This document shows positions 1-14,088 of a DNA stretch of 64,000 bases, piece by piece. The DNA comes from Octopus vulgaris. Its lineage: Eukaryota. The DNA lies in contig OX597818.1 in the NCBI GenBank assembly GCA_951406725.2, positions 112,282,001 to 112,346,000 on the forward strand, written 5' to 3'. A model generated the notes under the pieces. The model did not search any database, was not told the DNA's origin, and saw only the letters and a program-made list of their open reading frames with translations. The position numbers and the translations under genes are program-made. Every line of letters starts with the position of its first letter. The stretch's first letter is position 1.

Positions 1-70
1 TATTGTTATTGTTATCGTTGTTGTTGTTGTTATTATTATTATTATCATAATTATCATTATCATTATCATT

Positions 71-114
<44 letters not shown>

Positions 115-135
115 AATCATCATCATCATCATCAT
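1..135. repeat. Compound trinucleotide microsatellite (TTG/ATT/ATC)n
   Basis: Direct reading of the sequence. Confidence 0.95.
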
Positions 136-722
136 TTGTGTTATTCACACCGCTCTAAATTTATATTACTTGACATCTTCAAATGTGGATTGACATTTCT
201 TATTCATGGGAGTTTCTTTTCGTTTTCTTTGGAGGGGAAAACTAATTCAACAATTTAGAATATATTTTTAGATTGAAGAGTTTATTCCATTCAATAATGA
301 TATTTAAATGATAACGGACTTGTTTTTTAATTCACTGGAATAACCACTGACAAATTCTACTTTTTTGTTTTTCTATATAATATGCCCTTCATCTCAAAAT
401 AGAATTCTTCAATTTCTCTTTATAAAATCTGTTAATTGTTTGGTTTTTTCTGACATTCTTGATTCAAATGTTAACCGTTTTATGATTAATTTCTCTGTTC
501 TCTCTAGTATTTCTGATCATAACAATTTCGTCAAAATTAGCTTTTTTATTGATGGTCGGCATAAAACAGGAAGAGCTGCATATTACTTGCGTAAGTGACA
601 TATTGGAACCCTCGTTGATTATGAAGATGCCGTGTTTTTGGCAGTATTGTATCTAGAATTTGGAATGAGAGAGAAGCATTATGGAGTGGAGTAGAAAAAG
701 TGAAACACTAGCTCTAAAAATA

Positions 723-963
723 TACTCTTTTTTACTCTTTTTACTTGTTTCGGTCATTTGACTGTGGCCATGCTCGAGCGTCGCCTTTAGTCGAGCAAAT
801 CGACCCCAGGACTTATTCTTTGTAAGCCTAGTACTTATTCTATCAGTCTCTTTTTGCCGAACCGCTAAGTTACAGGAACGTGAACACACCAGCATCGGTT
901 GTCAAGCGATGTTGGGGGACAAACACAGACACACAAATATATACACGCACACACACACACACA

Positions 964-1025
<62 letters not shown>

Positions 1026-1189
1026 CGAAGGGCTTCTTTCAGTTTCCGTCTACCAAATGCACTCACAGGGCTTTGGTCGACCCAAGGATATAGTAGAAGA
1101 CACTTGCCCAAGGTGCCACGCAGTGGGACTGGACCCGGAACCGTGTGGTTGCTAAGCAAGCTTCTTACCACACAACCACTCCTACGCCT
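723..1189 (-). mobile_element. tRNA-derived SINE, family 1 (octopus OR-type/CORE-like), near full length with internal (CA)/(TA) tract
   Basis: Minus strand begins aggcgtaggagtggttgtgtggtaag (A-box-like), then gggtccagtccc (B-box-like) and CORE-like ccttgggcaagtgtctt, and ends in a (gagtaaaa)n tail. Partial copies occur elsewhere in the window. Confidence 0.85.
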
Positions 1190-3242
1190 ATATATGAAAA
1201 TGTTATAATTTTTCCATTCTCAAAAAATTATCGCTACCCGATCCTAGGACTAGAGATCACTATTCGATCTTCTAGAAAAATCCGGTATCAGTGTAAACTA
1301 GATTTATCACATAATTCAGTACAAATCACTTTAATAATCATAATAAAACCTACACTTATTGTAACTTGTTAACGTGTTGGTAGCCGCATCTTAGTAACTA
1401 AATCAATGTTCAGATGTATATTTTAGATTCCAAACAGTAGAACATTACCAATTTTATTTGCGCGTTACGTTTGCCAAATATCTAAAGAATTTTAAAATTA
1501 TGTTCATCATATATAAAGCAATTGTGAAGCCCTTGTGTAAGCATCTATGACACATCTTGCTGGAAGCAACTTGTATGAATCTTAACAACCTATATCCTCT
1601 AAACTTCGTCTACGTCATGAACACGAGGGAAGTATTGACGTCATACATTCTTGTGAGAAATTACTTTATTGAAATGTATGATTTAATCCTCCTGCTCTTA
1701 GAATGAGCATTTGATTGAAGTGTAATCGCCATATCACATCGCCAGACGTGTATATATAAACGATGTTTAAACACGATTAAGCTATAAATGCCTTCATGAT
1801 GTATATATGCAATAACGTATTAGTTGGCTTCAGATCATTAACTATTGAGGTAGTTAATGTTCCGACTGAACAGTAAAATCCAATTACATAATATGTTACA
1901 GATGTCATCTTATTGGAATAATTTAATTAACGCTAAAATAACAAATATTAATTATAAGAAAGTTTCACCTAATTTCTATTCAAGAGAGGAGGAACTCTCC
2001 ATATGATATCACTAATTTTTATCGATATTTACTTGTATCTTTTCATTTGAAAAAAAAACTCTGTGGTGTTCTGTTTGATGGAGTATTATATAATACTAAT
2101 TGAAAAACTTTTTAAATGATTTTTAAAGAAATGCAGACGACGTTGTTGTTAATGATAGTAAAAGCAGACATTGATTGAAACGTCACTTCACGGGAAATTT
2201 TCCCGTCGTCATTTCTATTTAAAGTCTTATTAACTCTTCAAACTTTACACGACTAGACTAGAATAAAATAAGAAAGAAAGAACGAATCAGAATTTTAAAT
2301 AATTACCTGGAATGAATCAGATAATGGGATTTAACACAAATTTATATTTTTTTTTTGTGTTTTTGACGTGTGACTTTTGCAAAGAGTCGTGTAGCCAATG
2401 TAATAATTTAGATTGCCATGATACTCGTCAAACGTTTCCAAACGACAATAATATCTTTCTGTCTGAAGTTGTGTTGGCGAATGCGTCAGATGCTCGATTT
2501 ACAGCAACGAAGTCGCAGTATTCTTCGATATTAGGGCAGATTCGACACGTTTGCTTCGCTAGAGTACTGTGAATGAAATATGGATTAAAGAAGACGGTGT
2601 AGAAACCGGTTGGATGTTTGAAACTGAAATTCAATGCGTAGCTTTGATTCAATTCATACTAATCTCATTTAGCTAACAATATTACCCATAAAATCAGCAC
2701 ATCCGCCGCACACGGGCAAAATCTACGATCAGTATTTAATTTAATGACGCTAATGAAGCAAATGAAATCGCAAAGGAGACATATTTAATTTACTTTAGTT
2801 AATATTCAATCCATCAAAACCTACAGAATGTTTATTACTTTTGGAAAGCAACAGGTGTACTTTCATAATGCGAAAGACTACGTACTCCACCGCTGTCATT
2901 GTTGGTTAGTGAATTGTAAAATCTGTCCGTCACATGAAGATGTTTGGAATCCTCTAATTTTCTAGTGGAAGGCGCTTAAATAATTATTTAAGAAACAAAA
3001 CCCGAAATCCTGGGGAAGCAGCGACTCATCCCAATACTCAACTGGCACTGTTTTTGTTCTTTATCGAACAGAAAATGATGAAAGGCAAAATCCTCGGAGG
3101 AATTCGAATGTCCAGCGAGAACAGGAGGAAACGTCACTAAGTATTTTTCCGGGCGTGGTAATGTTTCAAACAGCACATGTCCTTGACGGGTTCATACATA
3201 ATAGATATAAACCTCTATTTAAGAATTATAAACTGCGTTTAT

Positions 3243-3385
3243 ATCCCCGTTACTTAGTGGTTCGGCAAAAGAGATCGATAGAATAAGTACTGGGCTTCCA
3301 AAGGAATAAGTCCTGGGATTGGGTTGCTCGATTAAAGGCGGTGACTGAAACAAGTAAAAGAGTAAAAAGAGTAAAAGAGAGTAAA
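3243..3385 (+). mobile_element. 3' fragment of SINE family 1
   Basis: Matches the reverse complement of 723-880 (ttagtggttcggcaaaagag...gactgaaacaagtaaaagagtaaa). Confidence 0.8.
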
Positions 3386-3432
3386 CTGTTGTAGTTTCAT
3401 GTAGTTGTACACTTATATCGATTATTTACGTC

Positions 3433-3494
<62 letters not shown>

Positions 3495-4502
3495 GGCTAT
3501 AAAGGATGACGCAAAATACATTTTGCATACTCTGTTCTGTAAGCAAATAATTAAACATAATTTTGACGAGAATTATGAGAAGTTTGATTAAAATATTTCA
3601 GTACCATGACATTTCATCTTTGCTGCTCATAATAATAAATAATTCAAGTGATTTGCCCCTGAGATCTTATCATATCTCAAAGTTCTTTCTTTGTATACAT
3701 CAAGAGTAGATGATAGTTCAAGAAAATCCTCCAGGATTTCTTGATAGTGTATATTTGCGAGGAACTGTGTATGACTATAACAAATAGTGATTAATTCCAT
3801 GAGTGTATTTTTGTTAATTGCATTAAGTTATGCAACAGAGCATTTGTTTAAAAATAGTAAGAGTAAAGAGGATTGACGAAGCTAATTCTCAAATCAAGAA
3901 TTTCTGATTTAGCTGCATAAGTTTTCTTACAGGGTGATAAACATATTGATTTCACGTTGAATTTGAAAGATGCATCACATGGAAATCACCAATGATCGGA
4001 AAGTAAAGCATACACTCTATTCATGCAACTGGTTTTTGAGTTGTTTACGTGAAAAGTTTGAGAAGTTATTAAAAGCAAGAAAGTCAAAAAGTAACATTTG
4101 TTGTTATTCTTGATATAATCCTCTTGACTCGGATTTAGATTAAATACGGAATTGCCAAATCACTTTACCGCACATGTCGATGTAAAGGGATTTGAAACTA
4201 TTCAAACTCAATGATTATACTTATTACACACACGTGAAAAGTTATTGCTTGCTCTAAGCGGTATTATTAATGACAAAGTTTTATATATAAATAAAACTTG
4301 ACGGTAGCGCCAAAGTAGCCAACATTTCATAATAAGATAATTAGATAATTTTACACTAATTCGCATTTTATCGACGCTGTTTTAATGGGTTTGTTGATAT
4401 AGTATTTTACGACTGGCAAAACATCTGTGAATGTGTGATATTTCAGATGTAATATTATTACTTTTTCTTTTGTTTATCAACCAAAGCACACAGGCGAGCT
4501 GG

Positions 4503-4620
4503 GAAGAGCGTCGGCTCGAAACATTAAAGACTTTTTTCACTTTCCAAGCGTTAAACTAATACATCTGTTTGTTGTCTACATCACTTGTTTTCCTCTTTTG
4601 TTTTTTTTGTGCATTCTCCA
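4503..4620 (+). mobile_element. Short PLE-pLTR-like element carrying the 3' half of a minimal hammerhead, ending at (TA)n
   Basis: gaaGAGCgtcgGCTC-GAAAC-atta has the same layout as the hammerhead at 36549-36583, but the CUGANGA strand is absent or degenerate. Confidence 0.5.
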
Positions 4621-4694
<74 letters not shown>

Positions 4695-5352
4695 ATTTAT
4701 TGCTAAAACCGCAAAGACATTACAAAAACTGTTACTTAGAAATTGAGTTTCGCGTTCCCGTTCGTCGACGAACGGGAAGCGAAACTCCGAGTAAAAGTTT
4801 GTACACAGAAGAGATGTACAAGATTTAAACACCGATTACTTAACAATAAACAAGGTCAGGCCTTGAGATGTTTGAACCTACGTGGAAATCCTCTAAGCAT
4901 TTTCATGCAGGTATCGGGTAGGATGACATCCTATAAACAAAAGTAAGGTGGCCAATGATAACAGTATACATCGAGTCATTATCCATCAGAACTTTCAAGT
5001 AAATATCGTTATTATAACTAGCTTAAAATATCTTCTTATTCTGATAAGTCATAGCAACACGTACCGATATGGAAACTGCACAATAATCTAAAACTCAATT
5101 TAAAAACAGACCATCTTAACGTATCTTGCTGGAACTCCATCGATATAACTATTTTTAATATGAACTCTATTCAAACATCATCAACTCATAGAAAAAAGCC
5201 TATTTGAAAGCTCAGATATATTTTGACATAATTTAATATATATCAAACTCCAAAATTCCGTCGTGGTACTGGTGTTGAGATCACCCTATGATTAAACCTT
5301 ATATCCATTCTGTTTCAATATATCCCCGAGACAAATAAACACAGTTTGTTTC

Positions 5353-5419
<67 letters not shown>

Positions 5420-5425
<6 letters not shown>

Positions 5426-6514
5426 ATATTTCGGAATGGTCATATTGCCAGTTTAGCCAATAAAAACACACGCACTATATACTTGGTGTTATTTTGCTTC
5501 AGTGATATTTATTTTTTACATTAATCTTAATCTTATTTCGGCCAAAGTTCTTTCGTCACACTCCTGTGACCGCATCAGTGGTCCTTTGTTTTCTTTTCAC
5601 TTACTTGTGTCTCTCCTTACTAACCGTCAGCCATTTTGTATTTCTATTGTATGTCTTCATTTGCGCATGTTTATATCTCTATGTGCGTCTATGTTTATTT
5701 AGTGTGTGTGTGTGGGGGGATGCCTGTAATATTTGTATCTTCTGGTTATATACATTCTTGTAATTTGTATTTTGTTTTTGTTGTTGTTGCTTTTGTTCTA
5801 ATTTTGTTCATGTGTTTACATCCACCCATTATTATCATTACATATGCTTGTATGTATGTATAACAACAATATTAGTAATAATAATAATAAATCTAATCGA
5901 AAAAAAAAAAGAATATACATATACATATATATATATACATACATATACATATACATATATATATATATACATATATACACACATATATACACATATACAT
6001 ATACATATATATACACATATACATATATATAGATATTCATTTCTATTTCTTTAATTGCCTGTGTATTTATTATGTTTGCAGGATCCACTATTGTCATATG
6101 TTGTGGTGTGCGCTATTGCTCCATTCTAGTTTTCTATTCAGGCTAGGTTTATTTTCTATTATATGTGTAGCTTCTGTAATTTGTCTAATTGTTGCATCTG
6201 TTCTATGTGTGGACAATATCTCAATCTCTATGTTATTGATTGATCCCCCGTGTTCTTGTTCGGCGTGTTGGTACAGAATCGATGAGCTTTTACCTTCCTT
6301 GAGTTGTCTCCAATGTTCATTCACCCGCTCACCAATGCTTCTTGCAGTTTCCCCTACGTATGTTACTGTCTTCTTACTGCATCGTCCCTCTATAATCTTA
6401 TACTATAGACCACATTTCTGGCTTTACAGTTCGTTTGTGGGCTAAATCTACATACAGTGCAATAGTTATCCGTACAGAGAGTTCTACTAAAAGGATAGCT
6501 TCTACCAATTATAG
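5420..6514 (-). mobile_element. Inverted 3' copy of a Penelope-like element (GIY-YIG C-terminus plus 3' pLTR)
   Basis: Reverse complement of about 7138-8233. ORF 6094-6324(-) is nearly identical to the C-terminus of 6616-7557. Abuts (TA)n. Confidence 0.92.
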
Positions 6515-7557
6515 CTAACTCCATCCACCAGAGTATTAAGGTCACAATAGACTACCCCACTAAACACCCCAACCATAGACTGCCAGTACTAGACACTGAA
6601 CTCTGGCTAGAAATTGTGAAAAATAAAAATAAAACCCAAATCCTTCATTCATACTATGCAAAACCTATGGCCTCAAAATACCTGATCCACCGGAACTCAG
6701 CCATTGCGGGCAATGCCAAATTCAATATTTTGATGGCAGACCTCGTCAGAATAATGAGAAATGTGTCACGCATGTGCGAGCCTACAGAATTAAAGAGACA
6801 CATACAGTATTTCATTCACCGCATGCAGTTCTCAGGTTACAGCCATAAAGAAAGGATCAGAGTATACAAAGGAGCCATGAAGAAATTTGATAATATATTA
6901 TGTAATGATAGGAATGGGATTTGCCCACTCTATAGGAACAAGTCATGGAACACTATAGAAAGGACAAAAAAGAAAATAGGGAAGGCCAACTCTTGGTATG
7001 ATAGTCATAAATACCAGAGTGTCATGTTCGTTGACACCACCCCTGGAGGTGAACTAGCGTACCGCTTTAGAAGGACCCTAGATAAACTTAAACTAAGAAT
7101 TAAGGTGGTTGAAAAGCCAGGCAACCCTATCAGATCTATAATTGGTAGAAGCTATCCTTTTAGTAGAACTCTCAGTACGGATAACTATTGCACTGTATGT
7201 AGATTTAGCCCACAAGCGAACTGTAAAGCCAGAAATGTGGTCTATAGTATAAGATGTATAGAGGGACGATGCAGTAACAAGACAGTAACATACGTAGGGG
7301 AAACTGCAAGAAGCATTGGTGAGCGGGTGAATGAACATTGGAGACAACTCAAGGAAGGTAAAAGCTCATCGATTCTGTACCAACACGCCGAACAAGAACA
7401 CGGGGGATCAATCAATAACATAGAGATTAAGATATTGTCCACACATAGAACAGATGCAACAATTAGACAAATTACAGAAGCTACACATATAATAGAAAAT
7501 AAACCTAGCCTGAATAGAAAACTAGAATGGAGCAATAGCGCACACCACAACATATGA
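6511..7557 (+). CDS. PLE polyprotein C-terminal part: RT end/thumb plus GIY-YIG endonuclease (open frame, 5'-truncated)
   Basis: Frame is open from 6511 through ORF 6616-7557. NVVYSIRC...YVGETARSIGERVNEH...RQITEATHI..NKPSLN is a GIY-YIG signature, preceded by a CTVC/C linker. Confidence 0.9.
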   Translation: MANSIHQSIKVTIDYPTKHPNHRLPVLDTELWLEIVKNKNKTQILHSYYAKPMASKYLIHRNSAIAGNAKFNILMADLVRIMRNVSRMCEPTELKRHIQYFIHRMQFSGYSHKERIRVYKGAMKKFDNILCNDRNGICPLYRNKSWNTIERTKKKIGKANSWYDSHKYQSVMFVDTTPGGELAYRFRRTLDKLKLRIKVVEKPGNPIRSIIGRSYPFSRTLSTDNYCTVCRFSPQANCKARNVVYSIRCIEGRCSNKTVTYVGETARSIGERVNEHWRQLKEGKSSSILYQHAEQEHGGSINNIEIKILSTHRTDATIRQITEATHIIENKPSLNRKLEWSNSAHHNI

Positions 7558-8067
7558 CAATAGTGGATCCTTCAAACATAATAAATACACAGGTAATTAA
7601 AGAAATAGAAATGAATATCTATATATATGTATATGTGTATATATATGTATATGTATATGTGTATATATGTGTGTATATATGTATATATATATATATGTAT
7701 ATGTATATGTATGTATATATATATATGTATATGTATATTCTTTTTTTTTTTTTCGATTAGATTTATTATTATTATTACTAATATTGTTGTTATACATACA
7801 TACAAGCATATGTAATGATAATAATGGGTGAATGTAAACACATGAACAAAATTAGAACAAAAGCAACAACAACAAAAACAAAATACAAATTACAAGAATG
7901 TATATAACCAGAAGATACAAATATTACAGGCATCCCCCCCACACACACACTAAATAAACATAGACGCACATAGAGATATAAACATGCGCAAATGAAGACA
8001 TACAATAGAAATACAAAATGGCTGACGGTTAGTAAGGAGAGACACAAGTAAGTGAGAAGAAAACAAA

Positions 8068-8112
8068 GGACCACTGATGCGGTCACAGGAGTGTGACGAA
8101 AGAACTTTGGCC
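8068..8112 (+). ncRNA. Variant hammerhead-like motif in the PLE 3' pLTR
   Basis: ggacca-CTGATGC-g-GTCAC aggagt GTGAC-GAAA-gaactt-tggcc. A9 is replaced by C and stem III is non-standard. The motif is identical in all three PLE copies. Confidence 0.35.
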
Positions 8113-8287
8113 GAAATAAGATTAAGATTAATGTAAAAAATAAATATCACTGAAGCAAAATAACACTAAATATATAGTGCGTGTGTTTTTATTGGCTAAA
8201 CTGGCAATATGACCATTCCGAAATATAACAATATCTGTTTCAACACACGACTTCACATAAAAAATCTTGCACAACAAATATTTAAAC

Positions 8288-8332
<45 letters not shown>

Positions 8333-11300
8333 GCACACACAAAACGCACATAGCAATGCTAAAAAAGATAGAGAACTTGGTATATAAGTATGATTAAGTA
8401 TACAGTTACGTTCGCTCACACGAGCGAGCAAACATGCAGGATATATAGAATATATATTATAGACACATTTAATAAGTTTAAGCAAAGAGATATTGCAACA
8501 TGTGGCATTTTCAAATGCAGACGTGTATAGAAAACAGTTACATAGACGTTACTTAATCGATCGAATGATTTGTAACATGAACATGGCGCCTGGTTAATCC
8601 AAGACACACCTGTTTTAAACCAAAATGTATTTTAACACATTATGCTTCACGCATGTTTTGAATATGTATTGATCCGCGGAGTCTCAATGAACTGTAAATG
8701 CTAATATAAATTTTCAGAGCTCTCGTTAACTGCCTAAACTGTTTACTCTCGCCAGCTTTAATGACATTGGACATGAAGCTGTGCTGCCGAAAAGAAATCT
8801 ATCAAAAACCAACAACTTGGCTAATAAAATTTAAAGAAAACAATGCTCTTCTACTTGGTCATTATTCTATTGCTAAATGAACGATGTATTTGCACTGCTA
8901 TTACACTAAGCAGCTATTGTATTAATTCACTACTTTGTTAAGACAAACACAATTTACTGATGTCCAGTGACCAAATCGATACAAGACTTGCATTATATTA
9001 ATATGTTCACACACTCACACACACACAGACATACACACAGAGACACACACACACAGTCACATGCACACACACATACATACACATATATCATGTCACATCA
9101 TTATATAGTTATATTAAACCTTTCATTTTCTAAGTTCAAATTCGTTTTGTTGAATATGTTTCTGATCTTTAATAGTATAATGTGTCAGCTAATACCAAAC
9201 ACGATCTTTCATTGAAGGTTATTCCGAACGTGATGAACTGTGGTCTTTAGACACCCTGTATAATAACACAATAGTAAAGTTCGCTTAAATCTCTTTTCTG
9301 TCAATTTAGTATTTCATACTTGAAAACATTTTGTTGCTCCAACGTTGGTGAATCTTTGAGTATTGAACCATAAAATGTATTTTTCTTTATTTTTGAATAT
9401 ATCAATTCTAGACTGTTTACAATAGATTTCGATTGATTTTTTTTAGTGAGAAATTTATACTGATCAACCATTAAAAATACGCTTGAGAAAAAACCTTTGC
9501 GAAGACAGAGTGAATAAATTGTTCTTTGTCACAATCATTTCACAAATAGTTTAAATTTTGCATCATATAATTTAGAATCTCTACGAATGAAGAAATATGT
9601 TTTACATTACTGGCACATAATATGTCTCCATGTTTGGTTCAGTCCTTGTCATGATGGAAGGCCTTTATATGCCGCACAGCGAGCTATGAAAATATTGTAA
9701 ACATATGTGAGACTCCGTGTATCATAGGATTCTCTGCTTTGTGAAAGATTAGAAATTTCGATGAAATTTACGTTTAAATGAGACAATTGTTTGTCGGTTT
9801 AATGTTGAAAAGAAAAATGAGCAGGAATTAAATTCAAAGAGCAGGTATGACATTAAGAATTATTGAATGCATGCAGAGTAGAGACGCTGTTTTGCATGGC
9901 CTGCTGTGCCGGGTTGTAGCGTGTCAATATTCCCAGGAACAAATTTCGTACCTGAATTCATTTGCACCGTGAATAAAAACTATCGACAATACCTTACTGA
10001 GACCAAATGTAGGAAACTATAGAGATTTGGAGTAGCAGAAAAACAGTTTATAAGATGTTTCAGCATCTGTTAAATGTTACCTGCAGATGTGTCGGCATAA
10101 TTAATTTAAAAAATAAAGATGGAAGGAAAAAGGAACAGATATAAAACTACGAGAATACGGGAGATTTTTGTGTATCATTATCCAGAAGTCCAATATAATG
10201 ACTTAATAACGATTAAATTCTGATGTATACTATTTCAAAGACGCAATAAGACATTTCGAAAATAATTAACTGCGACGCAAGTAGTATTAATAACAAAACA
10301 CAATGTTGTTCTCCAGCTTAACGTGGATGTCGTGTTGCAACACAGAATTCTGCGTTATCTATCTTAAGAGGATTTCTCGAAAATATAAGAACACAGATTG
10401 TGTCGCATAGTCAGCTGGAGATTGTGTATCCTGGGGCTAAATTACAGCAGTATTCGCCCTAAACCAGGACTGCCATGTTATGTTGGCAAGCAATTATTAC
10501 GCCTCCCCTACTATGTTTTTTACAGCTGTGTTTCACTGAAGAGCTGTTTATTGTTATCAATGGAAATAGCGATTAATTCCATGGGCATATAATTACCAAT
10601 TTTATTAATAATACATGTTTAATGCAACGACATAAATTAAACAGGATAACTGATAGAATGAGTTAATGAAATAACAAGAAAATTACAAAAGTGTTCTTTC
10701 TGAATAACGGAGTGTTCAAAATACAATGTCTTTTTAACGTTACATTTGACGAACATATAACGTGGTAATTTTCAGGTGAGTCGAGTGAGGAAACGTAAGT
10801 TCGGTTAGTGGCTAAAATCTTTTACAGTAGATAATATATTAGATTGAAGAAATAATCGCCATATTTTAAAACAAGTCGTCTAGGATAAATATTTAAAAAT
10901 TCAAGCGATAAATGTCCTCGTAATACACACATCGCAACATACTGGTAAACTTCCTCACTTTAACTAAATTAATGTTTTGCTGACAATAAAAATTAAATTA
11001 CACAATATGTTGCTGATTTTATGCGATAAGAATAATTTTATTATCTCTAAACTAATAGAAATTAATTAAAAGAAAGTTTTTACCAAATTTCTATTCGACA
11101 GAAATAAAGCACTTCAAGCGAGTATCATTTTTTTTACAACACTTCTCTCTATTGTGTCGTATCAAAATATCCGTGATTCTTTAATTGAACGAGCGTTATG
11201 TATGACAAGCTGAAGAATTTTTTAATGTTATTTAAAGAAATAAATACACCATAAATGACGTCAAAAGCAGAAACTGCTTGAATCGTCACATCTTGGGAAA

Positions 11301-11620
11301 TGTTCAAACACCAAGATGAAAACGAATTAACTAAAGAAATATCTTTCAAACGGTTTTCCTAGAATCAGATAATGGAAAGTAAAATAAAGTTCCAATGGTT
11401 ATGTACTTCAAATGTAACTCATGTACAGAATCGTGTAAAGAATGCAGCAACTAAGATTGATCTAAAGTTCACTAACTTTGTCCAAGCATTTCTTTGCATT
11501 CGACGCTGCTATATTTTTTTGCATATTTTCTTTTAAGTCCCTCACAAAATATAATTCAATGAATTATAAATGCTTTTAAAATCATATTGAACGAAAAGAT
11601 TTATCCGTTCTCTGGTGCAA

Positions 11621-11888
11621 TCGTGGCATTCCGTCAGTTACGACGACGAGGGTTCCAGTTGACCCGATCAATGAAACAGTCTGCATCGTGAAATTAACGT
11701 GCAACTGGGTGAGCTCTCCACAGACACGTGTACCCTTAACGTACTTCTTGGGGAGATTTAGATTAGCACAGAGTGTGACAAGGCTGGCCCTTTCAAATAC
11801 AGATACAAAAGAAACAGGAAGAAAGAGTGAAAGTCGTTGTGAAATGTACAGCAGGGTTGCTCCCCCCCCCCCCGCTGGAGCCTCGGGT
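11621..11888 (-). mobile_element. SINE family 3 body (5'-truncated)
   Basis: Homologous to 41040-41405 (acgacgacgagggttccagttgatccgatcaa...). Confidence 0.75.
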
Positions 11889-11894
11889 GATTAA

Positions 11895-12300
11895 CGGAGC
11901 ATATTATGCTTCTTAGCTGCGGAAATTGCGGGGCGCCATCCAAGCGGAGAGGCGTGGTATACTGACTGAAGGAGTTTGCCACTTCCAAGACAACACCCCA
12001 GTTCACAATGTATATATTACCCGGGTGAAAACACACTCCTGTATCTATGAAATCCTTCCTCACCTCCATTACTCTCACGACCTGGCACCATTTGACCGTC
12101 ACCCCTTTACGAACATCAAGTCTTTTCGGAAAGTTTGGAAAGGAAAGTACTTTTTAGTTGCTTTCCGAGGTAACGTCTTGTCTCCAGACGCAACCTTCCG
12201 ACTTTTACAGACGAGGTTATCACAATTGCATTAATCGATGGGAGAAGAGCGTCACTATTGAGAGTGGCGATGTAGAGAAGGACTAATAAACATTTGCTAT
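11895..12300 (+). pseudogene. Degenerate mariner transposase C-terminal fragment
   Basis: LRGAIQAERRG..HFQDNTPVH..LPHLHYSHDLAPFD matches the mariner HDNA..H and YSPDLAPSD motifs. The fragment ends RWEKSVTIESGDVEKD*. Confidence 0.8.
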
Positions 12301-12492
12301 TCAGAGCTTCTCTATATTGAAATGATTAAGAAAATTTTTCTTTTGTATGTATTGAAATGGATAATGATGTAATTAATGCTAATTCCCGGCTTCAAGTTAC
12401 TGACATGACATAAGAGTCTTTCATAGGAGGTTTTACTGAAAGAGGGATACAAATTATGGTTGATGGTTACATGCTTCAATTTGTCGTTAATA

Positions 12493-12707
12493 TTCTTTTC
12501 TACTCTCGGCACAAGGTCCGAAATTTTGCGTTAGGGTTTAGTCGATTAAATCAACCCCAGTACGCAACTGGTACTTAATTTACGAACCCCGAAAGGATGT
12601 AAGGCAAAGTCGACCTCGGCGCAATATGAACTGAGAACGTAAAGACAGACGAAATATCGCTAAGCCTTTCGCCCGGCGCGCTAACGACTCTGCTTGTTCG
12701 CCGCCTT
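12493..12707 (-). mobile_element. tRNA-derived SINE, family 2
   Basis: Reverse complement of ggcggcga...gaggtcgactttgccttacatcctttcgggg; same family as 31621-31850. Confidence 0.85.
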
Positions 12708-13176
12708 AATTTCTCATTAATATTGCCAAACCAGCTACAGAGTTCTTTGCGCATGAGTGTATTTACAGTTAATATATGAAAAATATTATTTGTTTGGATT
12801 TGCTTGTGTTGGTAACATCTCACCGCGAATAATTTTTGTCTTTGCCATGTGTGTAAGATGACTAATTCGTCGTCCAATTAAACGGAAGAAGATCTTAATT
12901 AGATGACAAAGAGTTTTTCGTGAAACATAGTCGAAATATATTTGGCCCTCATGAAACTGTATTTCTTAAGATAACAGCATCGACGAAAGCTCTGTCAAGG
13001 AGAACGGAAAAGAAACGTAATTATGTAGAAAATTGTTTATGCAAATATTTCCCCCGTATTACATGAAATATGGCATAGAAATATGGTTAAAAATATTCTA
13101 GAACCCACCACAGAAAGTATGTATCTAAGAAACGGGAAATTCAGTCTAACAAAGAAATGAAATATATACATACATG

Positions 13177-13251
<75 letters not shown>

Positions 13252-14030
13252 TTATATATATATATACATATATATACATACACATAAGCGTACGCACATA
13301 TACATTCATGTTTGTGGTATCTATGTGTGCGCGTGCATGTAAATGTGAGTATGTATCAGTGTATGAGAGTGTCCGTGTGTACGCATTTTCCTCTTCAGTA
13401 AGTTTGATAAAAACACTTGAAATTCCGGAGACTTTATTTTTCCTTTCCTCTATGTCCTCTTTCAAGAGAATTGGAGTTAGAAAAAAAAAAAAACGAAAAC
13501 TGCTTTGAAATCGTTTGGAGAATTTAATACAAATTAAAAGGGAAGATCATTATTGAACCATTTTAAAAATTTATTTTACGTTACATAGGTAAATAAAAAA
13601 TAATAATGTCTCATTGAGATGTCAGGTCAGTGAATCAATCAATTCGTTTGAGGAATTCAATTAGAGAGTAAATTAAAACAGAAAATAAATTGTTTCACCA
13701 AAACAAACAGAAAATTTAAATTGAAAAAAAACCTAAATCAAACATCTGAATAAAAAGCATCTAAAAGCTATGATTGTGGAATTTAGAAAAAGAATATATT
13801 AAATGAAGGCAGCCAATTACAGTAAAATTTTAAATTGTTAGTTAGAAGTCTAATTTGTGCAGATTTATTCAAGTAGAATTGAAAGCATCATTATTTTGTT
13901 TTTTCAGGTGATTTTTTTTATAAACTAGTGGTTAGCATATATACATGGATGTATATACATACATGCATTCTTACATATATAAATACCATCATACATATAT
14001 AAGATAAACATATATATTTACACACGTATT

Positions 14031-14088
<58 letters not shown>

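Larger units (their letters stand above)
6511..8289 (+). mobile_element. 5'-truncated Penelope-like retroelement (probably Naiad-like), 3' end at (TA)n
   Basis: RT C-terminal motifs ANSIHQSIKVTIDYP..LPVLD, thumb region, Cys-rich linker and GIY-YIG domain, then a 3' UTR. The terminus tttaaacgt-(TA)n is shared with the copy at 56261. Confidence 0.92.

Noticed and set aside
6511-7557. Selenocysteine recoding, as reported for some Naiad PLEs
   Set aside because: No internal in-frame TGA in the surviving ORF and no SECIS recognised.
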